A stretch of 63,448 nt of DNA from Corallochytrium limacisporum Hawaii. Its lineage: Eukaryota; Protista; Pluriformea. Shown piece by piece: positions 20,617 through 30,084 of this stretch (positions are counted from its first letter, which is position 1; every line of letters starts with the position of its first letter). Made by a program: the position numbers and the translations under genes. The stretch is taken from the NCBI GenBank assembly GCA_002811645.1, contig PDIP01000107.1:1-63448 (forward strand), given 5' to 3'. Below the pieces are notes generated by a model. That model had not been told where the DNA came from. It made no database searches and saw nothing but the letters and a program-made list of their open reading frames with translations.

Positions 20617-22662
20617 CTAGGAGTCTTCGCTGCGGCCGCGGTCTTCTTGCGATCTTCCATCGACACCGAAGCCTGACAGCGTGACCAGTGGACCGTCTGC
20701 ACTGCGCACTTCCTCAACAGCGGATAGTACTCGGTGCCAAAGCATGGCCGCCGCTGCGGTCAGCTGCCGCACAGTCGCCACGATCCACGTTGAAAATGCT
20801 GTGGTGCGCCGCTGAACGTACGCAGCGATTGTAGAAGGCTGCGGCACGGCTAGAACCAACATCGGACATGATTCTCCGGTCGGGTCCTCGACACATGCCA
20901 CGTACGCCTGGAGCATGCTCCGCGCAGTGTCAAACAGGGGATTTGTGCTGTGGTGTCCTTCTATCGCTTCGGTTTCCACCGTTGTAGGTTTCTCACAGTC
21001 GTCACCACTACTGTGTGAGCCCACTGCCTCTGCGGCACACTCTTCAGCGAAGTCCAACTTTGCGAGTTCAGACCGCGCCAAACAACCAAGCGGCAGCGCC
21101 TCTAGCTCTTCCAGCGAGAGATGGAGGCCACCTTCGTGCTCTTCCCGCTTGCGACGCCCGCCCTTGAGAAGCTCCGCAAGCCTGTTTCTCTTCTTTTCAC
21201 TTGCAACCGCAATAGTGGTGTCGTCACCATGTTGCTCTGAGTGTGTCCATACTCCCGCATCTTTCTGAGGTTCTTGTGTTATCGTCTGCTGTTGTGCCGG
21301 AGACGTTGAAACTGAATGCCCTGTATGTGTTTGTTGCTTCCCTACCGCAGCCGTGACTTCCTTCTGTAATGCCTGGGCGGCCGCCTCGTGGGGATCGGTC
21401 TCAACTTCGTGCACTTCCTCGTCCACATGACCATTTCCCTTGCCGAGGAGCCGACCGACAGTGGCAGCCCACCATATGTGTCCATAGCCAGGACTAAAGC
21501 GGAGCACGTGCTGAAGGTAGACTAGGCCACCGAGCACAAGGTACCCAGACACCAGCACCAGATCACCCGCCAAAATCACGACTTTCATGGTCTGTCCTCG
21601 GTAAGACACAGTCGGACAGACGTTAGGTGGTAGAACCTGTACGGCGAACAGCCGCCAATGTTGCCGCAGTGAGCCTTCCTCCCCAGCGCGGGCCAGAACG
21701 CCGGGTCCGGCGGCCCAACGGCGGAAGTTCGGTACAGATTTTGGGTACTGATGCCGCGGAACGAGCCAGGGAAGTCCTGTAGTCGCGGAAACTGTTTGTA
21801 GCGATGATGCTTTGGTGGGGGACTCCGCTGACAACGTTGGTTTGGATACTGCGTCCTTTACCGCTGCAGATGACGAGGACGACGTTGGTGATGTTGCTTT
21901 AGTGCTGGTGTTCTCTGCTGTTGCAGCAGTAGGGGATGTCGACGATGCAGATCCTTTGACTCCAGCGGTAGATCCCGAGGACGACGGCTGAGCTGCGCTG
22001 GCAGAGACCTGCTTGGACGAGGAAGATACAGAGGGCGTCACTGTCTCAGCCAACGAACCTTTCGTGCCTCCCGCCGGAACAAGACTCCGTCGTAATGCCC
22101 GCAGACGCGTACTCTCCCGAAGAGCTGCATACCCGGCACCAGCCATCAGGGATGTCGCTCCGACTAGATACAACCATCCCGGAACTCGTTCTTCGGTCTT
22201 TGATCCTTTTCTCCGGGTAACGGGCTCTGTGATCCGCACCTGATCCGCACCTGATCCAGCATTTTCATCGTCATCCACTGCACCAAGCATGCGATTTTCC
22301 ATCCGTTCCATACGAGCCTCGAGTTTCCGCTCGAGAGCCCGTTGGTGCCTGACGCGGCTGAAGTACCCGACCCAGGCCGCGGATGCGGACACAACACCGA
22401 CGGTGACATTGAATATTGTCGGGTACCGCGAGTACAAGGTCATGAGCTCAGTGATAGGTCCTTCCACAATCCGCAAGACATTGTGCACCGTCTGGGAATC
22501 GCCCAGTCTGCGCGCGATCTCCTCGAAAACTGGCGTTTTTACTCGCTGTGTAGAGGCATCTGGTGAGTATGGTTTTCTTGGCGTGCTGAACTGCCGAACC
22601 ATTCCAGTGCGGAGAGATTTCGGCGAATAGTGATGCCTATGCATCCACCGCACTGGTAGCAT
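20617..22662 (-). CDS. Hypothetical membrane protein, possibly mitochondrial
   Basis: 681-aa ORF with an Arg-rich, acid-poor N-terminus (presequence-like), several hydrophobic segments and a Ser/Thr-rich linker. No family recognised. Confidence 0.75.
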   Translation of the reverse strand: MLPVRWMHRHHYSPKSLRTGMVRQFSTPRKPYSPDASTQRVKTPVFEEIARRLGDSQTVHNVLRIVEGPITELMTLYSRYPTIFNVTVGVVSASAAWVGYFSRVRHQRALERKLEARMERMENRMLGAVDDDENAGSGADQVRITEPVTRRKGSKTEERVPGWLYLVGATSLMAGAGYAALRESTRLRALRRSLVPAGGTKGSLAETVTPSVSSSSKQVSASAAQPSSSGSTAGVKGSASSTSPTAATAENTSTKATSPTSSSSSAAVKDAVSKPTLSAESPTKASSLQTVSATTGLPWLVPRHQYPKSVPNFRRWAAGPGVLARAGEEGSLRQHWRLFAVQVLPPNVCPTVSYRGQTMKVVILAGDLVLVSGYLVLGGLVYLQHVLRFSPGYGHIWWAATVGRLLGKGNGHVDEEVHEVETDPHEAAAQALQKEVTAAVGKQQTHTGHSVSTSPAQQQTITQEPQKDAGVWTHSEQHGDDTTIAVASEKKRNRLAELLKGGRRKREEHEGGLHLSLEELEALPLGCLARSELAKLDFAEECAAEAVGSHSSGDDCEKPTTVETEAIEGHHSTNPLFDTARSMLQAYVACVEDPTGESCPMLVLAVPQPSTIAAYVQRRTTAFSTWIVATVRQLTAAAAMLWHRVLSAVEEVRSADGPLVTLSGFGVDGRSQEDRGRSEDS

Positions 22663-23180
22663 GTTTTCTATGTCTATGTATACTGTTTGCTTTGGTCCAA
22701 TGGTAAATACCGTCAGAACAGAGTGTCCGCTATGTTATCCTCATGGTTGGATTTTCCTTGGATTTCTCATGATCTGAAATTGCGATCCTTCAAAAGCGAC
22801 CTTCCCTCTTGTTGACAGGTCTAGACATCTGATCTGAAGTAGACATCAATGATTCTATATTGCTTCTCGGCAATGAATACTTGGTTTGTTGTTTTCCGGC
22901 CCGGAACTTAGCGCAAACTGTGTGACTTCTGACCGCCGCGCCCAAAACCTTGCCGCGCATTGAAGCGAGAGCGCGAGGGCTTGGAGAAGGGGAGGAAAAA
23001 GGAAGGGGGGGGGGGGAAGGGATCCCTCGTGAAAGCGAGAAGGGCGCAGAGTCCTGTGCATCTCACCTCGGTAGGCCTGTGGGATCAACATTGCTATCAG
23101 AAACCCTAATGGTCTACTTTACTCACACTCGCGCACTTTTACGTTTGAAATGTCTACCGCAACATCTGTTACGTCTATAT

Positions 23181-24515
23181 TCACAGATCAAATATGGAGC
23201 ATCGCATATCATAGAACGAACACACGGCCGCTCGGCCCTTATCCATATCCGAAAGTGTGGCCTTGTCTTCCTCGTCGTCTTCCACCAACCATTCCGCACC
23301 GTATCCGATCGACTCATGCGGATTCTGGAATGGAAGTGATAGCTCTGGATTGGCTGGATCGCTAAGATCAGCGACAGCAAAGCCGTTGTACATGCAGGCT
23401 AACAAAGTCCTGCGACTGCCGTGAATCGGGTGCGGCTTGATCCGCCAGACACCCCCACCGACCTCTAGGGATCCCAACGGCTGTCGCAGCGCACGGCAGT
23501 CCCAGATGCGCACAGTGTCATCATAGCTGCCGGAAATCATGCATTCGGCCTTTCCGTGTCGTGCTAAAGCTGTGACACCAGCCTGGTGTTCGCGACGGTT
23601 TGCCAGGACCGGTCGCTCTGTTACAGGGCTAACCCGTAGATCCCACACACAAAGCGCAGCATCGTCGCCGCCGGTCCAGACAATCTCTGTCTCTGGCCAC
23701 TGCTCCCAATTTTCGGTGAATCGCCTTTGGGTGGCTGTCCAGCGTGGTGTTTCATCAATAGGGCTCTGCCAGCACACTGTCCAGGCCTCGAGTGTGTGCG
23801 CTTGCAGACCTTGGCGTGTACCTTCTGGTCCCAGGCGAGTGGGACAGTCAGCCGCCTTCACTCCAGCACTATCGCCTGAATCCAGAACCGCCGTGGTGTC
23901 GAGGATATGTAGGTACCCGCGCGAGTCTGTGACAGCAAGCCGGGGACCCCACCAATCAACCGCAAGAGCGATATTTTCACATGCCCTGTTCTGTTCAACG
24001 CTCTCCAGCGCGTATTCCCGCGCCTGCCGACGGTTCAAGATCACGTCGTCCTCCAGTTCTTCTTCAATCTCTTCCTCAGTGGGCGGCGTGACATCCTCAC
24101 CTAATTCAATTGATGTCTGTGGCTGCAGTTGACCGAATTCTTTGCCTTCCGTTGGGGCCTGCCAACGGTAGAGAGCCACATTACCGTTTGACAGGGCACA
24201 GGCGAGCATTGTTCCCTGGCTATTCGGCAACTTTGTTGGCAGAAATTTCATGTCTAGTACACCACCGGACGTGTGGCATTCCAAATGTGGAACGATATTT
24301 TCGTCTTCCACTGATCCTGCTTCCAACTCCCGCCAGTCATGAATGTTGATCATACCGTGCCGGGTCTGAGGTCCTTTCTTCGGCTGATGTTGCGCTACAG
24401 CTTTTGTTTCGTCCTCTTGGAGTTGATAGTGTCCCGAAAAGGCGTACGGTCCACAAACTTCCACAGAGCAGGCCGGCATCTTGCTCTTCCAAGTTCTGAC
24501 TACCGTGGCGGACAT
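23181..24515 (-). CDS. DPH7: Diphthine methyl ester hydrolase (WD40; WDR85/RRT2)
   Basis: HTLEAW, WTGGDD...WDLR, HQAGVT, SGSYDD.VRIWD.R, GGGVWRIK.HP, LACMYNGF, HESIGYG.EW, CSFYD. Confidence 0.93.
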   Translation of the reverse strand: MSATVVRTWKSKMPACSVEVCGPYAFSGHYQLQEDETKAVAQHQPKKGPQTRHGMINIHDWRELEAGSVEDENIVPHLECHTSGGVLDMKFLPTKLPNSQGTMLACALSNGNVALYRWQAPTEGKEFGQLQPQTSIELGEDVTPPTEEEIEEELEDDVILNRRQAREYALESVEQNRACENIALAVDWWGPRLAVTDSRGYLHILDTTAVLDSGDSAGVKAADCPTRLGPEGTRQGLQAHTLEAWTVCWQSPIDETPRWTATQRRFTENWEQWPETEIVWTGGDDAALCVWDLRVSPVTERPVLANRREHQAGVTALARHGKAECMISGSYDDTVRIWDCRALRQPLGSLEVGGGVWRIKPHPIHGSRRTLLACMYNGFAVADLSDPANPELSLPFQNPHESIGYGAEWLVEDDEEDKATLSDMDKGRAAVCSFYDMRCSIFDL

Positions 24516-24566
24516 GACCTTTTCTGTGCTTACACCTGCTTGTGAGGTCTTGTGTCCATGTGCTAT

Positions 24567-25622
24567 CTACGTAGTCGGGGTCGAACTGCTATCCACGTCC
24601 AGGTCCTCAAGATCGACCAAGAGCGTCGCGTAAGAGTGTACAATTTCTTCGTAAATGGTCCACGTGATTGCACTCATCAACGTGCGCTTTATGGTGCGCG
24701 GCCAAAACCCACTGTAGAGTGCCTTGATCCCTTCTTCACGAACCAACCGCACTGCTGTGCTCCACGTTCCGCGGTAGTGTTCCGGGTAGACCTGAATACG
24801 GGTCTTGACAACGTCTGCGGGATGTGTGACCGCAGTGGCGAATAGACCGGCGTTAATGCCCGCCGTAAAGTGCTGCAAGGCAACTGGCAGTCCCTTTTCC
24901 GACTGTCCCACTGCTGCAGGGCTGGCGTCGCTGTCGAGGGCTTCAATGGCGCTCTGATTCAGCGCCTTGAGTGTTCGCTTGCCCCACTCGTAACTGATGT
25001 AGTACAGTGCACTGAACGGCGTGTCACGCAGGACTGTGGCGGTTCCTCCCCGGTACAAACTATGCCAGGATTCGTTCCGGTAGATCTGAATTACTGCAGC
25101 GCTAAAACTTCGGTAGTTAAAGAGCCCAGATTCGTAACGAGTCTTGAGCACCGTCGGTGGGAGCATCAACACCCCAACAAAGGTCCTAGCTATGGCACTG
25201 ACCCCGAGGCTTTGAGATATCGTCAGGTGCGGATTTGCGCCCTGAGTTCTGTTGTATTCCACAACTCGGGCTTTAAAGCGCTGGAGAATCGTAAAGTACA
25301 GACCAACTCCCGGTACAGTACGGTACAACGATGGTAGCACGCCCCTCCAGAAACCTCCAATTCCAGCGTCTGAGGCGATTCTCCCAATGGCGCCTCGAAT
25401 CGTTAGCTTTGGCTGACTAACACCTTTGATTGACTGTTTAATTGGGTCTGTTGTGCCTTGCAGTCGAGTCTTGATGACATCAAAGGGTTGCAATACAACG
25501 CAGCTGATACCTGAACTGGTTGCTCCAGCACACAGATGTACAGATGCAGGGTAGTCCCGCTTCTTGACACCAAGCTGCTTCCGAACCTCGTGTAATCTAT
25601 TAAGGTACGGGGTTAATTGCAT
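24567..25622 (-). CDS. SLC25A38: Mitochondrial glycine carrier (HEM25 ortholog)
   Basis: Three carrier repeats (QPFDVIKTRLQ, PPTVLKTRYES, HPADVVKTRIQ) plus family signatures RTVPGVGLYF, RDTPFSALY, PR..KRTLMSAITWTIYE. Confidence 0.93.
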   Translation of the reverse strand: MQLTPYLNRLHEVRKQLGVKKRDYPASVHLCAGATSSGISCVVLQPFDVIKTRLQGTTDPIKQSIKGVSQPKLTIRGAIGRIASDAGIGGFWRGVLPSLYRTVPGVGLYFTILQRFKARVVEYNRTQGANPHLTISQSLGVSAIARTFVGVLMLPPTVLKTRYESGLFNYRSFSAAVIQIYRNESWHSLYRGGTATVLRDTPFSALYYISYEWGKRTLKALNQSAIEALDSDASPAAVGQSEKGLPVALQHFTAGINAGLFATAVTHPADVVKTRIQVYPEHYRGTWSTAVRLVREEGIKALYSGFWPRTIKRTLMSAITWTIYEEIVHSYATLLVDLEDLDVDSSSTPTT

Positions 25623-25981
25623 GACTCAACAGTCCAAATGGCAATATCATCATCCCCACCTTTTGGTTTGTGTGTATGTACAGTTCTGCTACCCGCGGAC
25701 GAATGTTCGCATCGTTTCATCAAGGGTCCTGTTGGTCCAGTTTCCCAAGTCTCTTCATTTTGGTTTCGTCTTGAAGTACACAGCTCTAGCCGGGAACATC
25801 GTTAGTCCTAAAGTACCCAGATTCCTCCAAATTATGCCACCGAAGAATGGCAACTAACGTGCCCAAATCGTCAAAAAGCGGGTGTTAACGCAGCCCCCGT
25901 TAATCTCACCGGGCATGGCCGTAGCACCTGGCCTGGTGGTGTGGGGTTGGGTCGCTCACTTGAGAGAGCCGGTGCCCCGGG

Positions 25982-25998
25982 CCCCCCCCCCCCCCCCC

Positions 25999-26054
<56 letters not shown>

Positions 26055-26068
26055 CGGTGGGGGGGGGG
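25982..26068. promoter_or_regulatory. C19-G54 self-complementary homopolymer block at the centre of the divergent SLC25A38/WD40 spacer
   Basis: Seen directly, ~360 bp and ~400 bp from the two ATGs. The regulatory role is inferred and run lengths may be inaccurate. Confidence 0.45.
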
Positions 26069-26464
26069 AGTTGGTGGTTGCGGGCCAGTGGGGTGACGGC
26101 CTCCCGCTCCCACAAAACAACGGCCCGGACCGGGCGGACCGTTCGTACGGGATGGATGCAAGAGAGCTGTGTACCAACGCGTCTCATCCTTGTCCAACCA
26201 GTTCTTGGCTTTTCCGTGGTTTGTACAGGTTCATGGGCGAGTCTCCCTGGAATCTGGTGTGCGAGGGTTATCTATTTGAGAAGCTCAGGTAATTCTATTC
26301 GGCAGGAGAGGAACTTCATTGTCATCGAGCGAATGGGCAGGTCACATACAGTGTGGCTCCACACACCTTGGAACGTCGGCCTAACCTAAGTTTCTACTCA
26401 TGTAGGCGAGAATATGTAGTACAGTGTAAACGTACGGAACGAACTATAGATATATGGATCAAGA

Positions 26465-28366
26465 ATGGCCAGCGGAAGCTCCCCGCAGAGGGCGTGGTCA
26501 GGGGCACCCGCCGAACCCAACTACAAAACGCATATGGATGCGGTCCTAAAGGACAACAAGATCCTGAAACAGAAACTGCAGAATGCGGAGTCGGAAAACA
26601 AGAAACTGAAGCAATCAATTTTCGAGTTGTCGTTGTGGTACAGTAGATTCGCATCGGCCGCTCTGAAAAGTCAGCAGGGGCAACAATTAAGGTCTACAAA
26701 TGCGCAGTCACCGGTTCCTGAAACGGCAAATGAAGGCGACAACGCCTCAGAGAAAGGGCGGAAACAACCTTCAGAGCGTAGTAAATCAGCAACAGTTGAA
26801 AATGGGGCAGAGGTTGACAAAGCAACTGAAGAAAAGGCAACAGTTCACAGCTACGACACCGACATTGGCACGACCTTGGCCATGAGCGTCCGGCGCCTAC
26901 TGCGCAACTCGGATGGCGAAGGCCTGGTTCTGCCAAACTTCACCGACCTCGAGGTTCCCCAGGACACGACTGGTGCAGATGTTCGGCCTCTCTTCTATCC
27001 GTACATGCGCCTGGAGGGCCATGACGGTGCAGTTTATGATGTCAAATGGTCGCCCCGGGGGCCCTTACTGGCGTCTGCTGGGTTTGACAAAACTCTGCGC
27101 CTCTGGCACGTCGGTGAACGCAAGACTGCCGCTGTACTGAGCGGGCATACTTTGAATGTTGCGGAGGTGTGCTGGAGCAGCGATGGCACAAAAATTGCAA
27201 GCGCCAGCTATGATCGGACCTGCCGCTTATGGAATGTGGCCACCGGTCACAATATTCGCAGCTGGAGCCTCGACTATGACGCAGGGTTTGCTCTGTGCGT
27301 GGATTTCGACCGCGGAGATTCGTCTGCGATCGGGGGTAGCTATAGTGGTGGTTCTGGCCTTGGCGTAGCCGCACAGAGCACCAGTATGAACCTTGGCGAC
27401 AGCTTCAACAGCGGCGTGGCGTCCGGGCAGGAGCATGTTATCAACGTCGGCACGTCCAGGAAACAGATTCTTACCTTTGATCAACGCAGTGATGACCGTG
27501 GGCAGGCACAAGCCGTGCTCTGGAACGATTCTGCTGTAAGCACATTGATTCATCACCGCGACGGACCGTATCTCACTTCGGGCGATATGAATGGCTACGT
27601 CCGCATCTGGGATCTACGCCAGCGCTCTGTATTACACGAGTACTGCCCCGCAGGGCCGAAGAGCCACGCGAGAGCGTGTGCGAATCTAAGTTTTAGCAAC
27701 CGTTGCGTCGGTAATGGTGGCAGTGGGGGGGAGTCGCTATTCTTGGCCGGGAACTTTTACGACAACACTGTTCGCCTATTTGAGCGAGGCATCGAGGCAC
27801 CCCACGATACCCTCAGACCACTGCACTCCGCCAAGGGACATAACGTGCGCAACTATCCAATCGGTTGCAGCATTTTCCAAGGCCGCGACTATATTTACAC
27901 AAACCGTACCACTGGCGGAGGCATGGACGACGACGAGGACAGTGTTCCGCGCAAACTGCAGGCACAGCGCACCAACAAGGCCGAACAGCGCCAGCGCACA
28001 GGCACCGATGCATCCACCGCGGGCTCGATGTCACGCCGCATAGGTGCGGACGCAACCGATATTGGCGGGTCCTATTCTCTGGGAATGCGTGCGAACGGAG
28101 GCATGATCGACCACCCCATGAACGTGAACTCTTTACTTCTGGTTGCAACCGGTAGCAGCGACGGCCTAATCTACCTCTACGATTTCGGCTCCCGCACAAC
28201 GCTTGGAGAGACCCATATTGCTCAGACTCTCGCTGGTCACTTGGACCGCGTCTACAGCGTCGACTTCCATCCGTCGGAGCCGTTTTTAGCGAGTGGTGCG
28301 GGGGACGGCACTGCGCGTATCTGGGCTGGCCGTGCACTGAAGCCACTGATAACTGTCACTGAATAA
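26465..28366 (+). CDS. Protein with an N-terminal coiled coil and WD40 repeats
   Basis: Coiled coil (DNKILKQKLQNAESENKKLKQSIFEL); GH...WD-type repeats (GHDGAVYDVKWS, GHTLNVAEVCWS, GHLDRVYSVDFHP..PFLASG). Confidence 0.9.
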   Translation: MASGSSPQRAWSGAPAEPNYKTHMDAVLKDNKILKQKLQNAESENKKLKQSIFELSLWYSRFASAALKSQQGQQLRSTNAQSPVPETANEGDNASEKGRKQPSERSKSATVENGAEVDKATEEKATVHSYDTDIGTTLAMSVRRLLRNSDGEGLVLPNFTDLEVPQDTTGADVRPLFYPYMRLEGHDGAVYDVKWSPRGPLLASAGFDKTLRLWHVGERKTAAVLSGHTLNVAEVCWSSDGTKIASASYDRTCRLWNVATGHNIRSWSLDYDAGFALCVDFDRGDSSAIGGSYSGGSGLGVAAQSTSMNLGDSFNSGVASGQEHVINVGTSRKQILTFDQRSDDRGQAQAVLWNDSAVSTLIHHRDGPYLTSGDMNGYVRIWDLRQRSVLHEYCPAGPKSHARACANLSFSNRCVGNGGSGGESLFLAGNFYDNTVRLFERGIEAPHDTLRPLHSAKGHNVRNYPIGCSIFQGRDYIYTNRTTGGGMDDDEDSVPRKLQAQRTNKAEQRQRTGTDASTAGSMSRRIGADATDIGGSYSLGMRANGGMIDHPMNVNSLLLVATGSSDGLIYLYDFGSRTTLGETHIAQTLAGHLDRVYSVDFHPSEPFLASGAGDGTARIWAGRALKPLITVTE

Positions 28367-28490
28367 AATGTAGAGAACTTGTCCTATGCCAACCTACACA
28401 TAGTATTGTAGTAACGAAAGCATTGTGTGTGAACCTCACGAGTTCAAGCTCTGTGGCCTCGCATGCCTGATCATGTGCCATCGGATATGT

Positions 28491-29516
28491 TTAGCTGCCC
28501 TTCTTGTTCACTCCGCGGATCATGGCTTCCATGGCGTCCCACTCTGGATGCGTGATCTCTAGCAACGGATTGAACTCACCGCCGATGGTCACGCACTCGC
28601 CACCGTCGAGTGTAATTACCTCACCACTGAGCCAGTTGGAATAGTCGCTGACCATATAGCATGCCAAATTGGCCAGTTCCTCAGGCTCTCCCAGCCGTCC
28701 CGTGGCAATCCGCGTCTTCAAGGTATTCTCAAACTGTCCAGATGGATCCAGGCGATCGAAGGCACCTTTTGTCCTGATCGGTCCTGGAGCGATAGCATTG
28801 AAACGCATTCCGTATCGCGACCATTCGGCGGATAAAGATTTGGTCATGGCCTCCACACCGGACTTTGCGCACGCAGATGGAACCACAAAACCACTGCCAC
28901 GGCTTGCATAGGTTGTGGAGATCGACAGAAATGCACATCCTTGCTCGTGCTCAATCAGACGCTTTCCAAATTCGATCGTCGTGTTCAGGGTTCCCTTAAG
29001 CACAATGTCAATGATGGTGCCGAACGCGTTCGGGCTAAGGCGCTCTGTTGGGGAGATGAAATTTCCAGCTGCATTATTAATAATGATGTTAGGCAGCATA
29101 CCGCCCTGTGACTCACACTCGTCAGCAAGGTTTTTGACACCAGCCAGGTCACGCACGTCGCAAGGTATGGCAAAGACTCGATTACCAGTGTCGCTGCTGA
29201 TCTCCGCAGCAGTCTTTTCGATCACCGGCAACTTGCGACTAGTGATGGCTACAATGGCCCCGGCACGTGAAAGTTGTGTAGCCATAGCACGACCCAAACC
29301 GGTACCACCACCGGTCACGAGTGCAAATTTGCCCTGCATCGAACCTTCCCGGAGCATCGGCGACTTCTGCGCCGGAAAATAGCGCGCGTGTGCTGCGGGA
29401 TCTGCCTTTCCTGTCAAACGGCGACCCAACTGAGCAGCACGACCGGCAACGAAGCGAGCACCGAGCTGCGCCATGCCGACCATGGCAGAATTCTTCGACG
29501 GTGCTTTACGTACCAT
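28491..29516 (-). CDS. DECR1: Mitochondrial 2,4-dienoyl-CoA reductase (SDR)
   Basis: TGGGTGLG, NNAAGNFISPTERLSPNA, GSGFVVPSACAKSGVEAMTKSL.AEW, PGPI.TKGAF.RLDP; basic presequence-like N-terminus. Confidence 0.95.
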   Translation of the reverse strand: MVRKAPSKNSAMVGMAQLGARFVAGRAAQLGRRLTGKADPAAHARYFPAQKSPMLREGSMQGKFALVTGGGTGLGRAMATQLSRAGAIVAITSRKLPVIEKTAAEISSDTGNRVFAIPCDVRDLAGVKNLADECESQGGMLPNIIINNAAGNFISPTERLSPNAFGTIIDIVLKGTLNTTIEFGKRLIEHEQGCAFLSISTTYASRGSGFVVPSACAKSGVEAMTKSLSAEWSRYGMRFNAIAPGPIRTKGAFDRLDPSGQFENTLKTRIATGRLGEPEELANLACYMVSDYSNWLSGEVITLDGGECVTIGGEFNPLLEITHPEWDAMEAMIRGVNKKGS

Positions 29517-29851
29517 GGTTGATTACTCCGTCCTATATTGTCTACGTATCTCCTTCCACAAATACAGTGGCTCCACAACCTTCTAACATCGGCTACAGTA
29601 ACCTAGCACCTGAACTACCTATCCAATACGAAAGCAATCCCAACAAAGCAGAGAAACTTACACCACTCAGAATTGGCCCCAAGAAGTTGCACTAAAGGAC
29701 TCTTTTCGTCCGGAGCGCAAACCGTTCTCTCCCGCTTCTTGCAGGGATCTTGACCGGCACTCGATACCCTCCGTGGGTTACCCCGCTGCGTAGCCACCTT
29801 CCAACGTGATACCCGTCCCGGAAAGCCCAACACGCCGCGGCGGGCCCCCGG

Positions 29852-29875
29852 CCCCCCCCGGGGGGGGGGGGGGGG
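29852..29875. promoter_or_regulatory. C8G16 block upstream of DECR1
   Basis: Seen directly, ~335 bp upstream of the ATG at 29516. Confidence 0.4.
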
Positions 29876-30084
29876 AACAGCGGATCGGACGCTGGACAAC
29901 GGTCTCTTGATCGACGAAGAGAGAGAGTCCGAACGCCCCAACTGCTCACTGCAAGGAACACGCCGCGGCACGAACTGCTGTGGCCTCCTAGAGGGGGGGG
30001 GGGCACGAGAGTTTGGGGAAGGGGTCGGGAAAAAGGAAGCGGGTCGATGGCGAAATTCGTAAGAGATTTGTATTTGTGGTTGTG

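Noticed and set aside
25871-26292. Poly-Pro and poly-Gly ORFs
   Set aside because: Translations of the C19G54 homopolymer.
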